Of a stretch of 57,585 nucleotides of DNA, positions 52,169 to 57,585 are shown piece by piece. The DNA is taken from positions 1 through 57,585 of IMG/VR virus record IMGVR_UViG_3300013099_000003, one strand, 5' to 3'. A program made the position numbers and the translations under genes. How positions within the stretch are numbered: the stretch's first letter is position 1; each line of letters begins with the position of its first letter. The stretch is from a virus. The notes under the pieces were generated by a model. That model made no database searches. It was not told the DNA's origin and was given only the letters and a program-made list of their open reading frames with translations.

Positions 52169-53884
52169 ATGAGCACATACTATACACCACCACCACAAGT
52201 CATAGATGGAGATGTGGCATATGCTAAGGATGTTAATGATGTAAATAATGAGGCGAATACAGCCTTCACCTTAGTCGAGGCAGACATAGATGCACTCCCA
52301 GCAACTGTCGCAGCTTATACTGAGTTAGCTAGGAAGTGGGCTGAGGAAGTTGAGGATACTCCCGTAGAGCCCGGGCAGTTCTCAGCATTCCATTGGTCAT
52401 CTAAGTCTATAGAATCAGCCGAGGCCGCAGCAGCTTCAGCAGCCTCAGCCTTGGCATACACAGTAGCCGCAGGAGCCTCTGAGGTAGCAGCAGGAGTATC
52501 AGCAGCAGCAGCCCTTGTCTCTGAGGGTAATGCATCAGATTCTGAAGTAGCAGCTGCAGCCTCCGAGACAGCCGCAGGACTGAGTGAAGTAGCAGCAGGA
52601 CTGAGTGAAGTAGCCGCAGGACTTAGTGAGAGTAATGCAGCAGACTCTGAGACAGCTGCAGGACTTAGCGAAGTAGCAGCTGCTCTAAGTGAGACCAATG
52701 CTGAGACTGCTGAGACTAATGCAGCAACTTCGGAGACCAATGCAGCAACTTCAGAGACTAATGCTGGGAATTCTGCTGCTGCTGCCTTTAGTAGCCAAAC
52801 AGAGTCGGGTCTATCTGAGGCAGCTGCAGCAGTTTCTGCTTCTGAGGCCCTTGCCTCCGAGATTGCTGCTGCTGCCAGTGCTGCATCTATAGAGCTTCCA
52901 GATTATTCCACAGGAGCAGACCAACAGCCTATCGTTAGGAATGCTGCAGGGGATGGCTGGGAGCTTGGTGCTAAGTTTAATAGGAAAAACTATATACTTA
53001 ATGCAGACTTCGGTTTGTGGCAGAGAACCACTACACTGTCCCTAGATGGTTTTTCTGCTGACAGGTGGTATCACACTCGGGTAAATCAAGACTCAACTAT
53101 ATCCAGACAGATATTCACAATAGGAACAACTGACTCCATGAACAATAGTTACTACTTTTTAAGGAGTGTCATATCCAATACCGGTGGTGAGTTTAATTAC
53201 AACAGGGTACTCTTATCTCAAAAAATAGAGAACGTTGTCATATTATCTGGTAGGACTGTTGCGATATCCTTTTGGTTGAGGACGGACGCTGACCAAGATA
53301 TAATGATTCATATGGGCCAGAATTTTGGCAGTGGTGGAAGTACTTCTGTAGCTGATATAAGCCCTACACTGGTAACCAACACAGGGACTAATGAGTGGAA
53401 GAAGCATACAGTTGTTATAGACATCCCAAGTGTAAGTGGAAAGACAATCGGTGGTGGTTCTTATACCACACTCAATATCTCATTTTCGGCTGGGTCAGAC
53501 TGGGCTGGCCCAGGATTACAGACTGGAACCTTTGATATCTCAGATGTTCAAGTTGAGAGAGGTTCGAAGGCTACTGAGTTCGAGTTTAGGAAACCTGGAA
53601 AGGAACTGGCATTGTGTCAAAGATATTTTCAGTTACTTTACTTCGGCATAAGGTTTTTTGACTACGATGGGCAGCATACTCACGGTCATGGAGTACAATT
53701 CGTTACAAATATGAGGGAGATTCCATCTTCTACTTTGAGATCAGTAGGAACCGTTGTTAACGTTTCGTCAGTAAGTTGCAATCCAAGCAGTCCACAAAGT
53801 GCTAGGATGGATGTACTTACACTCAGCCCTGTTGCTGATACATACGTACTTGTAAGAGTATATGAACTAGACGCTGAACTTTAA
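52169..53884 (+). CDS. tail fibre protein with Ala/Ser/Glu heptad-repeat shaft
   Basis: Conserved fibre-like N-terminus (YTPPPQVIDGDVAYAKDVNDVN), a repeat shaft, and a beta-rich C-terminal domain. Confidence 0.65.
   Translation: MSTYYTPPPQVIDGDVAYAKDVNDVNNEANTAFTLVEADIDALPATVAAYTELARKWAEEVEDTPVEPGQFSAFHWSSKSIESAEAAAASAASALAYTVAAGASEVAAGVSAAAALVSEGNASDSEVAAAASETAAGLSEVAAGLSEVAAGLSESNAADSETAAGLSEVAAALSETNAETAETNAATSETNAATSETNAGNSAAAAFSSQTESGLSEAAAAVSASEALASEIAAAASAASIELPDYSTGADQQPIVRNAAGDGWELGAKFNRKNYILNADFGLWQRTTTLSLDGFSADRWYHTRVNQDSTISRQIFTIGTTDSMNNSYYFLRSVISNTGGEFNYNRVLLSQKIENVVILSGRTVAISFWLRTDADQDIMIHMGQNFGSGGSTSVADISPTLVTNTGTNEWKKHTVVIDIPSVSGKTIGGGSYTTLNISFSAGSDWAGPGLQTGTFDISDVQVERGSKATEFEFRKPGKELALCQRYFQLLYFGIRFFDYDGQHTHGHGVQFVTNMREIPSSTLRSVGTVVNVSSVSCNPSSPQSARMDVLTLSPVADTYVLVRVYELDAEL
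52560..52770 (+). repeat. 21-bp (7-aa) periodic tandem repeats inside the fibre gene
   Basis: gcaggactgagtgaagtagc(a/c) repeated (AGLSEVA x3-4), then gagac(c/t)aatgcagcaacttc (ETNAATS x2). Confidence 0.85.
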
Positions 53885-53899
53885 AAGGAGAACTAACTG

Positions 53900-54382
53900 A
53901 TGGCAAAATATAAGTTTGTAGGCCCGGATAGGTCTACTGGAGTGAAGGACGGCAACCGTACAATACCTGAGGCAATAGGTAATAGGCATTGGGATGAATT
54001 TCTCGTGTGGGAGTCTGAGGGAAACGTAGCTGACCCCTGGAGAGATGCCGAGGAAGAAGCCGAAGCTGCCAAGCAGGAAGAACTCCATGAAGTCGATGTG
54101 GCCTTCATGACAGCCGAAGCCGAGCCGGTACTCGTAACTATTGACGATATAATATATTCCTTCAAGGCTGGCTATGAGAGTTCCCAGATGATTGACTCTG
54201 CCAGGACACTTGCTGATAACCTTAATGAAAACGATGTAGAGCTTTGGGACTTCTATGATAACCCCTGGATCTTCAGTAAGAGTAACGCAAACGATATTGC
54301 TATTGCTGTTGGGTTATCCTTTAGAACAAACTACAGCACAGCCAAACATGCTAAGAAAGTAATTAACGATAGTGAGGTATAA
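53900..54382 (+). CDS. hypothetical virion protein, 160 aa
   Basis: ORF track; SD aaaaggaga. Confidence 0.65.
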   Translation: MAKYKFVGPDRSTGVKDGNRTIPEAIGNRHWDEFLVWESEGNVADPWRDAEEEAEAAKQEELHEVDVAFMTAEAEPVLVTIDDIIYSFKAGYESSQMIDSARTLADNLNENDVELWDFYDNPWIFSKSNANDIAIAVGLSFRTNYSTAKHAKKVINDSEV

Positions 54383-54420
54383 GGATGGCTCTTGATGCAG
54401 AGCTTTAAAAGGAGATAGAT

Positions 54421-55536
54421 ATGGGACCATATATAATAGCACCAGGAGAGGTTGGGAGCATGACAGCAGCCGAGGCGGAGGCTCTAAAGGAGTCTCAATC
54501 AGGCGTAGATGGAGGGAATATGATGCCCGATGGAAGTACATATGAGGACTTAGCTTCTCAGGGGACAGGTGGGGTCCTTCTGCCTCAGCCTATAACACCA
54601 GATCCTGTAGCCGGAGGAGATGATCTGGTTCCCACGGATCCAAGCACGGATCTCTTAGGTATCACGGGAAGAGCTGATGATACCTCACAGAAAGCTAAGG
54701 ATAACTATGCTGGCCTTGGAGATACCGAGCTCCCTACTTATGATGCCTATGATGCAGGGGCTGTAGAGGGGGAGATTGGGGAGCATACTGGAGTCCTTGC
54801 AGGAGCTGATACGGTCACAGATAAGAGCCTTGTGTCTAACCAGATAACCTCCTTGCTTGATCAGGATAGTCCCTATATCCAACAGGCTAGGCTACAAGGT
54901 CAGAGAGATGCAGCTGGTAGAGGAATGCTGAACTCTAGCATGGCTGCAGGAGCCTCAGAGGCAGCCGCCATTAAAGCAGCAGCTCCCCTAGCCATGCAGG
55001 ATGCCCAAACCTACGCTACAGCTGAGGGAAAGACACAGGCAGGTGAGATAGAGAAGGATAAGATCCAGACGGAGGGTATCGTATCTGGAGGATTGACTAC
55101 ATTGGGTGCTGATATATCTGCTAAGGATAAAAAGATAGATAATATGTTTAAGGCGAGTATGGAAGGTGCCTCAGACGCTAATAATATAATCTTTGAGGGG
55201 ATGCGACAGAGCAACCAAGCATTCATGCAGGAGATGGGCGAGATTCACCAGAGGAATTTCCAGAGAGAGGACATAAGTGCTAAGAAGGCAGCAGCTTTAG
55301 GGATATTTACACAATCTGTCTTGACTAACTTCCAGATCACAGTTGAGAACTTCATGAAAGACCCAGATATGCTGAAGTTAGGGCCTACAGCCATGAATAA
55401 TGCCATTGAGGTAGCACAAACGAGAGCAACTAATATCATTGGGTATGCTAATGCATCTGCTGGTGTTGATCTCACTGATCAACTTGATTATTACCTGCCT
55501 CCAATGGAAGATGTGGACTTTACTTATGCAGCATAA
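54421..55536 (+). CDS. hypothetical internal virion protein, 371 aa
   Basis: ORF track; SD aaaggaga. Confidence 0.65.
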   Translation: MGPYIIAPGEVGSMTAAEAEALKESQSGVDGGNMMPDGSTYEDLASQGTGGVLLPQPITPDPVAGGDDLVPTDPSTDLLGITGRADDTSQKAKDNYAGLGDTELPTYDAYDAGAVEGEIGEHTGVLAGADTVTDKSLVSNQITSLLDQDSPYIQQARLQGQRDAAGRGMLNSSMAAGASEAAAIKAAAPLAMQDAQTYATAEGKTQAGEIEKDKIQTEGIVSGGLTTLGADISAKDKKIDNMFKASMEGASDANNIIFEGMRQSNQAFMQEMGEIHQRNFQREDISAKKAAALGIFTQSVLTNFQITVENFMKDPDMLKLGPTAMNNAIEVAQTRATNIIGYANASAGVDLTDQLDYYLPPMEDVDFTYAA

Positions 55537-55957
55537 GCCATGTACTATACTAGATTATGCTGAACTCATGGGTGTTCTCATAACCTTCTTCGATGAGGAT
55601 GAGATAGCCCTAAGAATTCGTAATGATCTAGTAGGGATAGTGCCAAAGATGAAGTGGTTCGTCCAAGATGATTACTGTATGTGCTATGAGCCCTTAGGTT
55701 TCTCTAAATACCAAGCACATATCTACTGTGTCTCTAGAGACAACCGGGGAAAGTTGCTGAGGGACTTCGCAGTAAGTACAGGTAGATGGATGTTAGATAA
55801 TACGGACTGTATATCCATACTGAACTTCGTTAAGAAGGATAGGAGGGATATACAGTTCTTCATGAGGGTAATTGGAAGTAAGAAAGTAGGAATAATCCCG
55901 GGGACTGACGATATCCTCTACGTCTCTACAGGGGATATGGGAATCAAGGAGAAATAA
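55526..55957 (+). CDS. hypothetical protein, about 143 aa (start uncertain)
   Basis: The tracked ORF 55439..55957 overlaps the previous gene by about 100 nt. ATG 55526 or 55568 is more plausible. Confidence 0.5.
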   Translation: MQHKPCTILDYAELMGVLITFFDEDEIALRIRNDLVGIVPKMKWFVQDDYCMCYEPLGFSKYQAHIYCVSRDNRGKLLRDFAVSTGRWMLDNTDCISILNFVKKDRRDIQFFMRVIGSKKVGIIPGTDDILYVSTGDMGIKEK

Positions 55958-55958
55958 T

Positions 55959-56819
55959 ATGGGAATTGAGGTAGCCTTAGCAGGCATAGCAACATTTGTA
56001 ACAACTCTAGGATCAGCAGTCTCCTTCGGTGCATTCGCAATCGGATCTATTGGAGCTGGTGTGATCGGTGGAGCAATCGTAGGGGCAGCTATTGGTGGCC
56101 TCACTTCTGCTATAACAGGTGGAGATATCGGAAAAGGTATCCTCTACGGAGCAGTAGGTGGAGCCGTAACAGGTGGCCTAGGAGCTTGGGCTCAGGGTGG
56201 ATCGCTAATGCAAGGCCCAATGACAGCACCGGGAACAGCTATGGCTAATGTATCACAGGCAGCTGTGGATTATGAGTTAGGTGTAGGTACTGCTGATGCT
56301 GTAACTAAGAGTAGTGGCTCATTACTCTCCGGAGGTGGTGGAGGCATGGGAAATGTCTCTCAGGGGACCGGAATGCTTGGCCAAGGTGCCATGGATATTG
56401 GTGGTAAAATGATAGAAGGCTCAGCCATGGAAGATATGGGTAAGGAGAACCGTGCGGCTGCTGCAGTAGCTGCTGAGAAAGCCGCAGAGAATGCTTCTAA
56501 GATGACCGATAAGCAGGGTGATATCCAGAAGGCTCTAGCTGGAATGAACAATGCGAGCAGGGAGAAGACTGCCTTGCTGAGTGCTAATGTCCAGAGAGAG
56601 GGTATCCGTACTAAGTATAAGACTGATAGTGAGGCCTTAGCTTTCCAGAGAAGTGTGTATGATACTAATAACCTTATAAAGAAGAAAGAGTTAGATACTC
56701 AGAGAGGAGCCTTGGAAGGTGTAAGGGCTAAGAGAGCAGGCTCGGGTCCTGTAGGTCCAGCAGCCCCCACTGCACATGAACAGATCCAAGCAAAGGAGGG
56801 TAAGATCTATGCCGCCTAA
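55959..56819 (+). CDS. glycine-zipper membrane-active internal virion protein, 286 aa
   Basis: GIATFVTTLGSAVSFGAFAIGSIGAGVIGGAIVGAAIGG... followed by a charged helical C-terminus. Confidence 0.65.
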   Translation: MGIEVALAGIATFVTTLGSAVSFGAFAIGSIGAGVIGGAIVGAAIGGLTSAITGGDIGKGILYGAVGGAVTGGLGAWAQGGSLMQGPMTAPGTAMANVSQAAVDYELGVGTADAVTKSSGSLLSGGGGGMGNVSQGTGMLGQGAMDIGGKMIEGSAMEDMGKENRAAAAVAAEKAAENASKMTDKQGDIQKALAGMNNASREKTALLSANVQREGIRTKYKTDSEALAFQRSVYDTNNLIKKKELDTQRGALEGVRAKRAGSGPVGPAAPTAHEQIQAKEGKIYAA

Positions 56820-57585
56820 TGAGGGGATGCTCAGTGGAGAGGCTCTCAGAACTAAGAGGGATGAAGTGGATACCGGCACAGGAATTCAGAGGCTTGATCA
56901 AGGTCGGACTGAACATCTAAGCCGGGGTGACTTCGTAAACTTCTATGATGATCTTGGTATCTCCACAACTCAGTGGCAAGCTGATGAGATGAGAGCACAA
57001 GAGGCTGCCTTCCAAGGAGCCAAAGCTGATCAAGAGGGAGTCTTAAGTTCTGCCCAAGGTAAGTATGAGAGTGCTGAGGGGGATATAGCAGATCAACAGG
57101 CTCTCTTAGATAAGGCCTATAAGGATATGCCTGAGTTCCAGACTGCTCTAGATGATTCATGGGGAGAGCATAAGAATACTCTTACTAACTTCTCTGTAGT
57201 CGATAAGAATAATAATGTCCTAGGAAGTTACTACCTCCCTGATAAGGTTGGGGAGAACTTCATGGGACAGCCCGGGGTCTGGGGTAATAAGGTAGATGGC
57301 ACCTTTTATGTAGGGACAAAGGGAGGAGAGGCCTATGAGGCCTTGATGACTAGCTTGGATACTGGAGCACTAGAGTATAGAACTCAGTATATGTCTCAGG
57401 CTGGACCAGCAATAGCTAAGCAATTAGGTATTGGTCTGTCTTCCTTAGGTGATGCATCCTCTAAGTTACAAGCAGCTAGAACGGATGTTGAACTATATGG
57501 TGGCCAAGTTGATACAGCCCGGAGAGACCTTGGGAACACAGTAGCTGCGAGAGATCAACAGTGGGCAGATATTCACGGTGAGTAC
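56809..57585 (+). CDS. virion-module protein, 5' part (open to the window end; continues at 124..186 after circularisation)
   Basis: ATG 56809 with SD aaggaggg 8 nt upstream. 259 codons are open to the last base, so it is absent from the ORF track (no stop in the window). Confidence 0.7.
   Translation, partial: MPPNEGMLSGEALRTKRDEVDTGTGIQRLDQGRTEHLSRGDFVNFYDDLGISTTQWQADEMRAQEAAFQGAKADQEGVLSSAQGKYESAEGDIADQQALLDKAYKDMPEFQTALDDSWGEHKNTLTNFSVVDKNNNVLGSYYLPDKVGENFMGQPGVWGNKVDGTFYVGTKGGEAYEALMTSLDTGALEYRTQYMSQAGPAIAKQLGIGLSSLGDASSKLQAARTDVELYGGQVDTARRDLGNTVAARDQQWADIHGEY
57463..57585. repeat. Second copy of the 123-bp terminal overlap
   Basis: Identical to 1-123 by direct comparison. Confidence 0.95.

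Noticed and set aside
1-57585. Temperate lifestyle or mobile-element cargo (integrase, repressor, transposase, att sites)
   Set aside because: I recognised no integrase, recombinase, transposase or CI/Cro-like motifs in any ORF. The only mobile-looking genes are free-standing HNH and GIY-YIG nucleases.

Overview
The window is one complete, circularly closed genome of a tailed dsDNA phage. Bases 1-123 repeat exactly at 57463-57585, so the unique length is about 57,462 bp.

Layout: there are two opposed transcription blocks.
- Minus strand, 40370 down to 14465: an early/middle replication and nucleotide-metabolism block. It holds a T7-like family A DNA polymerase, a gp4-like primase-helicase, a gp2.5-like SSB, a FEN-type 5'-3' exonuclease, endonuclease VII, an ATP-dependent ligase, dUTPase, a class II-like ribonucleotide reductase, a CobS/CobT-like AAA+/VWA pair, a radical SAM protein, a sigma-70-family factor, HNH and GIY-YIG nucleases, and many tiny zinc-ribbon proteins.
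- Plus strand, 41760 through the window end and wrapping round to 14291: the late block. It holds small- and large-terminase-like genes, portal, scaffold, major capsid, one tRNA (anticodon CAT), tail proteins, a repeat-rich fibre, internal/ejection proteins including a 2101-aa giant, a transglycosylase, and a LamG-type receptor-binding protein.

I recognised no integrase, no repressor and no single-subunit RNA polymerase.

The strongest signal not explained by ordinary annotation is a 12-bp perfect palindrome, GTCTCTAGAGAC. It occurs 27 times, plus at least 8 near-copies. It lies in intergenic regions and also in frame (as VSRD or SLET) inside unrelated genes, including essential enzymes. Its density rises toward the control region at 39.2-41.9 kb between the two transcription blocks. 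That region also contains about 1.2 kb with no credible long ORF (40371-41563).

Functional calls come from motifs I could read in the supplied translations. No database search was possible. The host is not identifiable from the sequence alone.
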